This document shows positions 44,023-52,115 of a stretch of 52,929 nt of DNA, in pieces; positions within the stretch are counted from its first letter, which is position 1, and each line of letters starts with the position of its first letter. The notes beneath the pieces were generated by a model, which did not search any database, was not told where the DNA came from, and saw only the letters and a list, made by a program, of their open reading frames with translations. Source of the DNA: Acidimicrobiia bacterium. Its GTDB lineage: Bacteria; Actinomycetota; Acidimicrobiia; IMCC26256; PALSA-610. Made by a program: the position numbers and the translations under genes. The DNA is taken from positions 1 to 52,929 of the forward strand of contig JBBRPC010000002.1 in the NCBI GenBank assembly GCA_038228615.1. The letters are read 5' to 3'.

Positions 44023-44066
44023 GTTCATCTGTCATTCAACTCGAGGCAAGGTGTCGGTCATTCGCG
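44023..44066 (+). promoter_or_regulatory. Candidate PHO box: four in-phase 11-nt units in the divergent pst promoter region
   Basis: The units are GTTCATCTGTC (44023), ATTCAACTCGA (44034), GGCAAGGTGTC (44045) and GGTCATTCGCG (44056). The fourth unit fits the actinobacterial PhoP direct-repeat consensus G(G/T)TCAYYYR(G/C)G exactly, the first fits it at 9 of 11 positions, the second carries only the TTCA core, and the third does not fit. Confidence 0.4.
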
Positions 44067-44070
44067 TGGT

Positions 44071-45108
44071 GTGGAATGCCTCCGCGTGACGACTATTGCG
44101 ATTTCCGACGTGTCGGTTCCCGACGAATCGCCGATCGCCATTCAGGTAACTCGCAACGGACGCGACCGCGTGTATCGCTCGACCGGATATGCGGCGGGTT
44201 GGGTCACTCTGGTGTTGATGGGGCTTATCGGCGGGTTCTTGTTGTACCGATCGTTCGACGCGTTCCGATACGAAGGATTGCGATTCTTCACGGAAACTCG
44301 CTGGTTACCGAATGCATCCGGTGGTGTGTTCGGTATCGCTGCGTTGCTACTTGGCACGGTGCTGATTGCTGCGGTTGCGTTGGTGTTGGCAGTGCCGATT
44401 GCCATTGGCACCGCGCTGTTTATCACCGAGTATGCGCCCCGACGATTGCGCAAAGTTCTGACGTCCGCGATCGACCTGTTGGCTGCTGTTCCCAGTCTGA
44501 TTTACGGCATCTGGGGCGCATCGATTTTGCAAAGCAAGGTCGTTTACGTCAGTCGGTTCCTCTCAGATCACTTCGGTTGGTTCCCCCCATTTCATACGAC
44601 GCCGTTTTCGGGTTCGGGGCATACGACCTTGGCCGACTTTTCGGCATCCGCGTTTCTTGCGGGAATTGTCGTGGCGTTGATGAGTTTGCCGATTTGCACT
44701 GCGGTGATCCGCGAAGTGTTCTCGCAGGCTCCACCCGGCGAAAAGGAAGGTGCGCTGGCGTTGGGTGCGACTCGTTGGGGCGTAATCCGTGATGTGGTGT
44801 TGCCGTTCGGAAAGGGCGGCATCATCGGCGGGTCGATGTTGGGACTTGGTCGTGCCCTTGGTGAGACGGTCGCAGTGGCGTTGATCATTTCCCGAACGAC
44901 CAATGTGCACAACCTGTTGCAGTTGTTGAAGACGGGCGGCAACTCGATCGCCGCGACGATCGCGCGGAGCTGGTCAGAAGCGAGTGGTATCCAGACGAGC
45001 GCGCTGATGGCTGCGGGATTGGTGTTGTTCGGCGTCACGCTGGCCATCAACGCCGCTGCGTCCTTTGTTGTCGCGCGGTCGCGTTCCGGCGCTGCGACGG
45101 AAATCTGA
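44071..45108 (+). CDS. pstC: Phosphate ABC transporter permease PstC
   Basis: The product has six TM segments. FFTETRWLPNASGGVFGIAALLLGT...LFITEYAPRRLR...IDLLAAVPSLIYGIWG is the typical PstC signature. The start is uncertain (44071 or 44086). Confidence 0.85.
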   Translation: MECLRVTTIAISDVSVPDESPIAIQVTRNGRDRVYRSTGYAAGWVTLVLMGLIGGFLLYRSFDAFRYEGLRFFTETRWLPNASGGVFGIAALLLGTVLIAAVALVLAVPIAIGTALFITEYAPRRLRKVLTSAIDLLAAVPSLIYGIWGASILQSKVVYVSRFLSDHFGWFPPFHTTPFSGSGHTTLADFSASAFLAGIVVALMSLPICTAVIREVFSQAPPGEKEGALALGATRWGVIRDVVLPFGKGGIIGGSMLGLGRALGETVAVALIISRTTNVHNLLQLLKTGGNSIAATIARSWSEASGIQTSALMAAGLVLFGVTLAINAAASFVVARSRSGAATEI

Positions 45109-45114
45109 TCGCAC

Positions 45115-46257
45115 ATGACCACGATCGATTTGGCTAATCCCGATGTCGAAGAGGACCCGGATCCGTCCGATGCCGTAGCGCCGCTTGGCGAGGCACTGAT
45201 TCGTATCCGGCGCTTGGATCCCGATTCCGTGATCACCTATTGCGGCGCGGCATTCTCCGCGCTCGCGTTGGCGTGGTTGATCTACGAACGGTTCGCGCCG
45301 TTCTCCGGAGGTCTTGGTTTTCTCGTTGTGGCTTGGACGGCATTTTGCATCATCGTGTATTCGCTGTGCCGTCAGCAGTGGGGCAAGATCGCGGCACGTG
45401 ACCACTTGGTGAGACTCCTAGTTGCAAGCATGGCAATGCTGGCATTGATCCCACTCGGCTCGATTGTGTTCACGGTCGTGCAACGTGGTTACCACGGATT
45501 ACAACCGTCGTTTCTGACGCACACGATGGCTGGCGCCGCAAGCCTCAGCAAGTTCTCGCAAGGCGGCGCATGGCATTCAATTGTCGGAAGTTTCGAGGTC
45601 GTGGGGATCGCGATGTTGATTTCGGTGCCGCTCGGCGTGATGACTGCTGTGTTCTTAAATGAGATCGGCGGCCGCTTGGCACGGCCTGTGCGAACGTTGA
45701 CCGACGCGATGAGCGCGGTTCCTTCAGTGGTCGCCGGTCTCTTCATCTTCGCGGTGTTGATTCAGCCGCAGTATCTCAAAGCCACTGGATTCGCGGGAGC
45801 CCTTGCGATTTCGATCTTGATGGTTCCGACGGTCACCCGTACAGCCGAGGTCGTGTTGCGTTTAGTGCCGGGCGGCCTCCGCGAAGCATCGTTTGCGCTT
45901 GGCGGGAGCGAGTGGAACACGACCAAACAAGTTGTTTTGCCTACGGCGCGCACGGGTCTGGTGACAGCAGTTGTGCTCGGAGTCGCTCGGGTGGTCGGCG
46001 AGACCGCGCCTCTGATCATCACCATGATCGGTGCGCAACAATTCAATGGGAACCCGTTTCGTGGGCTGCAGGACGCTCTGCCGTTGTTTATCTGGAGCGA
46101 CAAAGTCAATTCGACCGGACAAGGAGTCGTGGACACCTGGATGTGGAGCGGTGCATGCGTACTGCTTGCCATCGTGCTCGTGTTGTTTGTCGCGGCTCGT
46201 GTGTTGGGAAATCGTTCGGGCCTCGGAGCTGTTCCGCGCGTTCGACGTCAGCGTTAG
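45115..46257 (+). CDS. pstA: Phosphate ABC transporter permease PstA
   Basis: The product contains [34 protein letters not shown] and the EAA-like motif [23 protein letters not shown]. Confidence 0.85.
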   Translation: MTTIDLANPDVEEDPDPSDAVAPLGEALIRIRRLDPDSVITYCGAAFSALALAWLIYERFAPFSGGLGFLVVAWTAFCIIVYSLCRQQWGKIAARDHLVRLLVASMAMLALIPLGSIVFTVVQRGYHGLQPSFLTHTMAGAASLSKFSQGGAWHSIVGSFEVVGIAMLISVPLGVMTAVFLNEIGGRLARPVRTLTDAMSAVPSVVAGLFIFAVLIQPQYLKATGFAGALAISILMVPTVTRTAEVVLRLVPGGLREASFALGGSEWNTTKQVVLPTARTGLVTAVVLGVARVVGETAPLIITMIGAQQFNGNPFRGLQDALPLFIWSDKVNSTGQGVVDTWMWSGACVLLAIVLVLFVAARVLGNRSGLGAVPRVRRQR

Positions 46258-46268
46258 GAGAACGCCGT

Positions 46269-47090
46269 ATGACCATTCTCGAAGAGGTCTCGCTTGAGTC
46301 CGACTCCGCAAATGTCGCGAGTGCATTGACTGCCCGTTCAGTCTCAGCCTGGTTTGGGAACCACAAGGTGTTGGAGCGCGTGTCGCTTGAGATGCGACCA
46401 AATGAAGTGACCGCGCTCATCGGCCCTTCGGGTTGCGGCAAGTCGACGTTCTTGCGGACGTTGAACCGCATGCACGAGCTTGTTCCTGGGGCGTCACTTG
46501 CTGGTGAGATATTGCTCGATGACACCGACATCTATCGTGACCCGGTCGCAGTCACCGAGATTCGGCGTCGCATCGGCATGGTGTTCCAGAAACCAAATCC
46601 GTTTCCGGCAATGAGTGTCGCCGAAAATGTTGTCGCCGGCTTGAAACTTTGCGGGCACAAGGTCGATCGCTCGTCGCGCGACGACCTTGTACAACATTGT
46701 TTGAGCCGGGCGGGATTGTGGAACGAGGTGAAGAACCGCCTTCATGACAATGGCGGCGCGTTGTCTGGGGGGCAACAGCAACGTCTGTGCATTGCCCGAT
46801 CGCTCGCGGTGCGGCCCGACGTGTTGTTGATGGACGAACCGTGTTCGGCCCTCGACCCCACCTCGACTCGCAGGATCGAAGAAACGATCGACGAACTCCG
46901 CGAGGAAGTCACGATCGTGATCGTTACCCACAACATGCAGCAGGCGCAGCGCGTGTCACAACGATGCGCGTTTTTCTTAGCTGGGGAAAACGAGCCGGGA
47001 CACGTCGTTGAGGCGGGTCGAACCGAAGCCATGTTTACGAATCCGCAAGACCAGCGCACGCTCGACTACGTCCGAGGCCGATTCGGATGA
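46269..47090 (+). CDS. pstB: Phosphate ABC transporter ATP-binding protein PstB
   Basis: The ATG at 46269 follows AGGAG. Walker A is GPSGCGKST. The product continues [41 protein letters not shown] and a C-terminal YVRGRFG. Confidence 0.92.
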   Translation: MTILEEVSLESDSANVASALTARSVSAWFGNHKVLERVSLEMRPNEVTALIGPSGCGKSTFLRTLNRMHELVPGASLAGEILLDDTDIYRDPVAVTEIRRRIGMVFQKPNPFPAMSVAENVVAGLKLCGHKVDRSSRDDLVQHCLSRAGLWNEVKNRLHDNGGALSGGQQQRLCIARSLAVRPDVLLMDEPCSALDPTSTRRIEETIDELREEVTIVIVTHNMQQAQRVSQRCAFFLAGENEPGHVVEAGRTEAMFTNPQDQRTLDYVRGRFG

Positions 47091-47121
47091 CCGGCGTACC
47101 ACGATCGAGGGACTACCGACG

Positions 47122-48771
47122 ATGATTCGTTCTCTTCATATCAGCCGAGTTCTTGTGGCGTGCGCCATCTCGGGTGGAGCGATTGGCGTTGTGGCGGTCG
47201 AGCCGGCGAGTGCCAGCGTGACGCTGAGCGGCGCTGGTTCAACCTGGAGTTCGATCGCCGTGAGCCAATGGCGAGCCGACGTGCACGGTAGTGGTCTCAA
47301 CATCAACTATGACGCGTCTGGATCGACCGCAGGGAGAACCTTCTTTATCAACAAGCAGGTCGATTTCGCGGTCTCAGAGATCCCATTCTCAGCCGCGTAC
47401 CGAGATAGCACCGGCACCGTCGTGACAAATGAAATAGCGCAAGTTCAGAGCTCAGGTCGGACCTATGCCTATATGCCGATCGTCGCAGGTGGCACTTCAT
47501 TCATGTACCACCTCGATGTGGGGGGAAACCGCATCACGAGCCTGAATCTCAACGCCGACACGATCGCGAAGATGTTCACCGGCGTGATCACGTCGTGGAA
47601 TGATCCAGCGATCAAGGCAACGAATCCCACGATTCCTTTGCCTGCGCTACCAGTGCGACCTGTCGTGCGAGGTGATGGTTCCGGGACTACCGCGCAATTC
47701 ACCGCGTTCATGGCGAGCCAAACGCCCGCAGTATGGAACGCGTTCTGTAGCAAACTCGGGTTGAGTACGCCATGTCCTTCGACGTCGCTCTACCCGATTG
47801 CGCAAGGTCAAGTAGCGCAAAACCTTTCGGATGGCGTTGCGAACTACGTCGCGGCTTCGTACAACAACGGTGCGATTACCTACGTTGAGTACGGCTACGC
47901 GAAGCAACGCAATTTTCCTGTTGCGTCTGTAGAAAATGCGGCTGGCAAATTCACGCAACCCACGGCCTACAACGTCACGGCAGGGCTCAAGGCCGCCACG
48001 TTGAACGCTGACAAGACCCAGAACCTTGGTGGCGTCTATACGAACGGTGATCCCTATACATATCCCGTATCGAGCGACTCGTACATGATCGTGCCCACAA
48101 GTACCGCGGCACCGTTCAGCGTTGCCAAAGGCGACGTACTGCGTCAGTTCATTGCGTATTTTATTTGCGCGGGCCAGCTGAAAGCTGAACAACTCGGCTA
48201 CGCGCCGATGCCGCTCAATCTGCGCCAGGCAGCCTTCGATTCTGCCTCGAAGATTCCTGGGACCGCGCCCTTGCCGCCACTCGACAACGCCCACTGTCCT
48301 GGCAGTCAAAATAAGCCACCACCTCCACCGCCCACAACAGCGCCACCCACAACTGTCCCCGGTGGCGGTGGCGGTGGCGGCGGCGGTGGTGGCGGCGGCG
48401 GTGGCGGCGGTGGCGGCGGTGGCGGCGGAACAACAGTCGCAGGCCAGAGCTCGAACTCGCTCGGTGGCGGGTCGTCGGCCACGTATGCAACGACACCTGG
48501 TGGTCAGCAGATCGGAACAACGACGCCGGGTGCACCCGGAACCCGAACGGTGCGTGATCCGAAGACTGGAAAGCTTGTCACCCTCGCCACGGATGGCTCC
48601 GGTGTTGTGTTGGAGCCGATCGCCGCGGTCGAAACGGTGACGCCGCCCAACGACGACGGACCCGTGTCTCCGTACGTGATCGTGTTTACTGTCGGCGTAT
48701 TGCTTGCGTTGGTGTTCGCGCCCCCGGTCGTTGCGTTCGCGTTGAGCAAGAAACGGGCAGCGCGCTCGTAA
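47122..48771 (+). CDS. pstS: PstS-like phosphate-binding protein tethered by a Pro/Thr plus 23-Gly linker to a C-terminal TM anchor
   Basis: The signal peptide ends ...EPASA/SV. SGAGSTWSSIAVSQW...NYDASGSTAGRTFFINKQVDFAVSE and GYAPMPLNL are PstS motifs. The linker reads PPPPPPTTAPPTTVP(G)23, and the protein ends in the TM VIVFTVGVLLALVFAPPVVAF plus KKRAARS. Confidence 0.75.
   Translation: MIRSLHISRVLVACAISGGAIGVVAVEPASASVTLSGAGSTWSSIAVSQWRADVHGSGLNINYDASGSTAGRTFFINKQVDFAVSEIPFSAAYRDSTGTVVTNEIAQVQSSGRTYAYMPIVAGGTSFMYHLDVGGNRITSLNLNADTIAKMFTGVITSWNDPAIKATNPTIPLPALPVRPVVRGDGSGTTAQFTAFMASQTPAVWNAFCSKLGLSTPCPSTSLYPIAQGQVAQNLSDGVANYVAASYNNGAITYVEYGYAKQRNFPVASVENAAGKFTQPTAYNVTAGLKAATLNADKTQNLGGVYTNGDPYTYPVSSDSYMIVPTSTAAPFSVAKGDVLRQFIAYFICAGQLKAEQLGYAPMPLNLRQAAFDSASKIPGTAPLPPLDNAHCPGSQNKPPPPPPTTAPPTTVPGGGGGGGGGGGGGGGGGGGGGGGTTVAGQSSNSLGGGSSATYATTPGGQQIGTTTPGAPGTRTVRDPKTGKLVTLATDGSGVVLEPIAAVETVTPPNDDGPVSPYVIVFTVGVLLALVFAPPVVAFALSKKRAARS
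48361..48429 (+). repeat. 69-nt GGY triplet tract encoding 23 consecutive glycines
   Basis: Codons 48361-48429 are all GGT, GGC or GGA, read directly in the pstS-like frame. Confidence 0.95.
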
Positions 48772-48884
48772 GGATCACCAAGAGTGAACACCACGCTGCG
48801 CTCATGCGAATGGGCGGTGAAGTGCTGGTGAAGACGCACGCTAGATAGTGCCAATTCGCATTCGATTTCCATACGGTAGGAACC

Positions 48885-50096
48885 ATGAAATCATTCCAGA
48901 GAAAACTCGTATCGACGGTGTTAGTCGCGCTCTGCGCTGGCCCGTTACTCGGCGTATCAAGTGCGCACGCCGCGGGCCCGGCGAACAATCAATTCGCGAG
49001 CTCCGAGGTGCTGGCGAGCTCTGGTTCGATCACTCGCTCAAACACCGGTGCGACGGCGCAGGCCGGCGAACCGGCACCGATTACGGGAGATCCGTTCGCA
49101 ACGATTTGGTTTTCGTGGACGGCACCGACGACCAAGACGGTCACCTTCGACACGATCGGATCGGATATCGACACGGTGTTGTCGGTCTACACCGGAACGT
49201 CGCTTGCGGTGTTGGTTGAAGTTGCAAGCAACGATGACGGATTTGGCTGCGATTCTACAAGCGCACTGCAATTTCAGGCGGTTGCAGGTACCACGTATCG
49301 GATACAGATCGGAACGACGGATCCAAGTGATCAGTCAGACAATCTGATGCTCACGTGGAACTGGGCTCGAGGTGCGGAGGCAGCAAACGACAATATTGCT
49401 CAGGCGACCGCGGAAACGGGCACCCAAACGATCCATGGAACGACGAACAATTCGACTCCCGAACTCGGTCAGAACATCAATGAGAACGAAGGCGAATCAT
49501 CGGTCTGGTACAAGATCCCGGCAGCGCTACCCACCGAGGTCGATCTGACGTTGGCGACCTCGAACACGCCGAACATCTTCGGATTCCAACCGGCAGTGAG
49601 TGGCGAAGTTTGGTACGGAACCAACCCCGCGACGGCCAGTTTTTCAGCCACGATTGTTGCCGATAGTGCCGGAGCAATCAGCGCCCACATCGTCACTCCA
49701 GGAACCATCTGGATTCGTATCTTCAGTTCCTCGATATGCGAGCAAGGCAACTTCACACTCAACATGGACGCACGTACCGGCACTGTTGTCACGACGTCGT
49801 ACGCGCCCAATGAGTTTCAGCTGCTGAGCGATATTTCAACCCGGTTGGGATGGACGCCCGAACAGCTGCAACATGATGCTGCACTGATCTGGCAGTTCAT
49901 CTACGCCATTTCTGGTATCACCGTACCGACGCCGGTGCCAACGCCTGCTCCCGGTTCAGTCCCCGTGAGCTCTGTGTGGAGCGCATCGGAAATTAATCAG
50001 CTCACGTTGTTGAACAAGCAGTGGGTGCTCCCAAGCACCCATACCCAACGGGTAGCTGCGAACGTGCTGATGTTCATCGTCGGTTTGGGCGGCTAG
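48885..50096 (+). CDS. Secreted hypothetical protein with two PPC-like (pre-peptidase C-terminal-type) beta-sandwich modules
   Basis: The signal peptide reads LVSTVLVALCAGPLLGVSSAHA. NNQFASSEVL..SGSITRSN.GATAQAGEP....WFSWTAP...VTFDT.GS.IDTVLSVYTG.S...L..VASNDD is a recurring secreted-protein module. I recognised no catalytic motif. Confidence 0.45.
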   Translation: MKSFQRKLVSTVLVALCAGPLLGVSSAHAAGPANNQFASSEVLASSGSITRSNTGATAQAGEPAPITGDPFATIWFSWTAPTTKTVTFDTIGSDIDTVLSVYTGTSLAVLVEVASNDDGFGCDSTSALQFQAVAGTTYRIQIGTTDPSDQSDNLMLTWNWARGAEAANDNIAQATAETGTQTIHGTTNNSTPELGQNINENEGESSVWYKIPAALPTEVDLTLATSNTPNIFGFQPAVSGEVWYGTNPATASFSATIVADSAGAISAHIVTPGTIWIRIFSSSICEQGNFTLNMDARTGTVVTTSYAPNEFQLLSDISTRLGWTPEQLQHDAALIWQFIYAISGITVPTPVPTPAPGSVPVSSVWSASEINQLTLLNKQWVLPSTHTQRVAANVLMFIVGLGG

Positions 50097-50103
50097 CCCT
50101 GCG

Positions 50104-50541
50104 CTAGCCGGATGTCTCGGCGTATCGTGCGAGACGCTTGGCGGTATCGGTGATGAAACGCTTGAGAAACCATGCGAAGAAGCCACCTGTGAACGCCGGT
50201 CGTGCGCTGTCGAAGCCGGATTTCCACGTGATCGTGGTACCGGATGAGGTTGACGCGAGGAACACGTCGGCGCGGTAGTTGTTGACTGGCATTCCCGACA
50301 GCAATGTGTACGCGAAATGCTTGGGAGCGTCGGACACTACGACCTGTTCGCGGCTGAGAATCGGTGCATTCCCGAACACGCGGATCGCGCCGACGCCGTC
50401 GTCGCTGAGTTCGCCGAGATGTTCGAGTTTTGCCGTTCTGAATCGACCCCAGACGTTCCAGCTTCGAGTGTCGACCAGAATGTCCCAGACTCGTTCGATT
50501 GGTGCTGAGCTGTGTTCGACAACTTCCCATGCGCGCGCCAT
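50104..50541 (-). CDS. SRPBCC-superfamily (polyketide cyclase/START-like) protein
   Basis: The 145-aa product contains VVEHSSAPIERVWDILVDTRSWNVW...YTLLSGMPVNNYRADVFL...TTITW. Confidence 0.7.
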   Translation of the reverse strand: MARAWEVVEHSSAPIERVWDILVDTRSWNVWGRFRTAKLEHLGELSDDGVGAIRVFGNAPILSREQVVVSDAPKHFAYTLLSGMPVNNYRADVFLASTSSGTTITWKSGFDSARPAFTGGFFAWFLKRFITDTAKRLARYAETSG

Positions 50542-50558
50542 CTAGCTAGCGTAGGTGC

Positions 50559-51653
50559 ATGCGCGCTGCCCTCCTTGAAGCTGTCAACACGCCGTTGAGG
50601 ATTGTCGATGATGTCGATATCGCCGATCCCGGTGTTGGTGAGGTGTTGGTTCGCGTCGCGCATTGCGGTGTATGCCATTCCGACTATTCCAATGTGAACG
50701 GCACGTTCCCGATTCCGGGGCCCATCGTGTTGGGTCACGAAGCGGCGGGAATAGTTGAGACAGTGGGCGCAGGGGTGGTGGGACTCCGTCAGGGCGACCG
50801 TGTTGTGCTGTCACCGATCGCAGCATGTGGATCTTGTTACGGGTGCGTGCGCGGCGAGTTCGGTACATGCATCAACGCTTCCTCAATTTCTTCTGGAACC
50901 TTTGTGAACGGGTCGACTGGCTTGTCGCGTCGCGGGCAAACAGTCTTTCGTGGCTTGGCCGTCGGTGCGTTCGGTGAGTTTGCCTTGTTGGAAGCCTCCG
51001 GCGTGATCAAGGTCGCCGACGATGTACCGCTCGAGGTCGCGTGTGTGATCGGGTGTGCGGTCCAGACGGGTGTGGGTGCGGTGCTGAATGCTGCAAACGT
51101 CGAAGCGGGCGCGACGGTTCTTGTGATGGGCCTCGGTGGGGTCGGGATTTCCATAGTGCAAGGTGCCCGTATCGCTGGCGCGTCCCGCATTGTCGTGAGC
51201 GACCCCAACAGCGCCCGCCGCGACCTCGCGGCCCATTTCGGCGCGACTGACGCGATCGATCCTGGTAGCGAGGATGTAATGGCCCGTGCCATCGAGATCA
51301 CCGCGGTTGGGGTCGACTACGCCTTCGACGCTGTTGGTTCGGCGGCGTTGATAGAAACCGGGATGTGGGCCACACGGGCAGGCGGCACCACCGTATTGGT
51401 CGGCGCCGCGCCGATCGATCAGATGGTCCAAGTTCCGGCGACGTTGTTCATGGCATCAGAACGAAAACTCATTGGCACGTTGTTAGGCGGATGCAACGGT
51501 CGCCGCGAAATTCCTCGTTTGCTCGACCTCTGGCGTGCCGGCCGTCTCGACCTGGAAAGCATGGTCACCGCACGGCGGCCTTTGGGAGAGATCAACGAAG
51601 CATTCGCCGATCTGCATGCTGGGATTGGCTTGCGCACCATCCTCGATCTGTAG
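50559..51653 (+). CDS. Zinc-dependent medium-chain alcohol dehydrogenase
   Basis: The product contains VRVAHCGVCHSD, GHEAAGIVETVG, the structural-zinc Cys cluster CGSCYGCVRG and the Rossmann motif VMGLGGVG. Confidence 0.88.
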   Translation: MRAALLEAVNTPLRIVDDVDIADPGVGEVLVRVAHCGVCHSDYSNVNGTFPIPGPIVLGHEAAGIVETVGAGVVGLRQGDRVVLSPIAACGSCYGCVRGEFGTCINASSISSGTFVNGSTGLSRRGQTVFRGLAVGAFGEFALLEASGVIKVADDVPLEVACVIGCAVQTGVGAVLNAANVEAGATVLVMGLGGVGISIVQGARIAGASRIVVSDPNSARRDLAAHFGATDAIDPGSEDVMARAIEITAVGVDYAFDAVGSAALIETGMWATRAGGTTVLVGAAPIDQMVQVPATLFMASERKLIGTLLGGCNGRREIPRLLDLWRAGRLDLESMVTARRPLGEINEAFADLHAGIGLRTILDL

Positions 51654-51900
51654 GTAGGGAACGAGCTTCGGGTGTGCATGATTAAATCGTTTGGAACCGG
51701 CGGGGCTCGCGCGCGATCATGGCGACGCCGTACGAACGACGTGAAGGAGGTGTCACCGTGATTGGAATGAACTCGCAAAATTGCCCGCGTGTGACCCCCA
51801 CGTCGCGCGGCCGTTCCTGACTCCTGCGCAAATTCGCGCGGTCAGTCGTTCCGTATTTCGAGGCGCCATCGCGCGCGTCGATCTCTTTCAGGAGACAATC

Positions 51901-52020
51901 ATGTTCAACCATCCTTTGACCGTCGCGCTGTTGGCTCGTGAACACCAGCGGCGTCTGTTGATCCAGGCCTCCGACGCCCGCTTGCGGCGACACCTCCGCA
52001 ACGGTCGGCGGGCGCCCTAA
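51901..52020 (+). CDS. Possible small basic protein (39 aa)
   Basis: The ATG at 51901 is preceded by AGGAGA at 6-nt spacing. The product is MFNHPLTVALLAREHQRRLLIQASDARLRRHLRNGRRAP. No homology support is available to me. Confidence 0.3.
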   Translation: MFNHPLTVALLAREHQRRLLIQASDARLRRHLRNGRRAP

Positions 52021-52115
52021 GGCAATACGAGAACCGAACACAGCGCCGCCAGCGTTGGGTCCGCCGACCGGGAGTCGGTGGCCCAATGCTGCGGCGTTCA
52101 GCTACGTTGCCGCGT

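Noticed and set aside
48215-48535. A minus-strand 106-aa ORF rich in His and Arg opposite the polyglycine tract.
   Set aside because: It is an artefact of reading the GGY repeat on the complementary strand (GCC/ACC/CCG triplets) and lies antisense to a well-supported pstS-like gene.
48583-48597. LATDG in the tail of the tethered pstS-like protein as a class E sortase LAxTG sorting motif (and ALTAP in the 697-aa protein).
   Set aside because: The Thr is at the wrong position. The motif lies ~28 residues before the TM helix instead of immediately before it, and the paralogue does not share it. It is not a credible canonical sorting signal.
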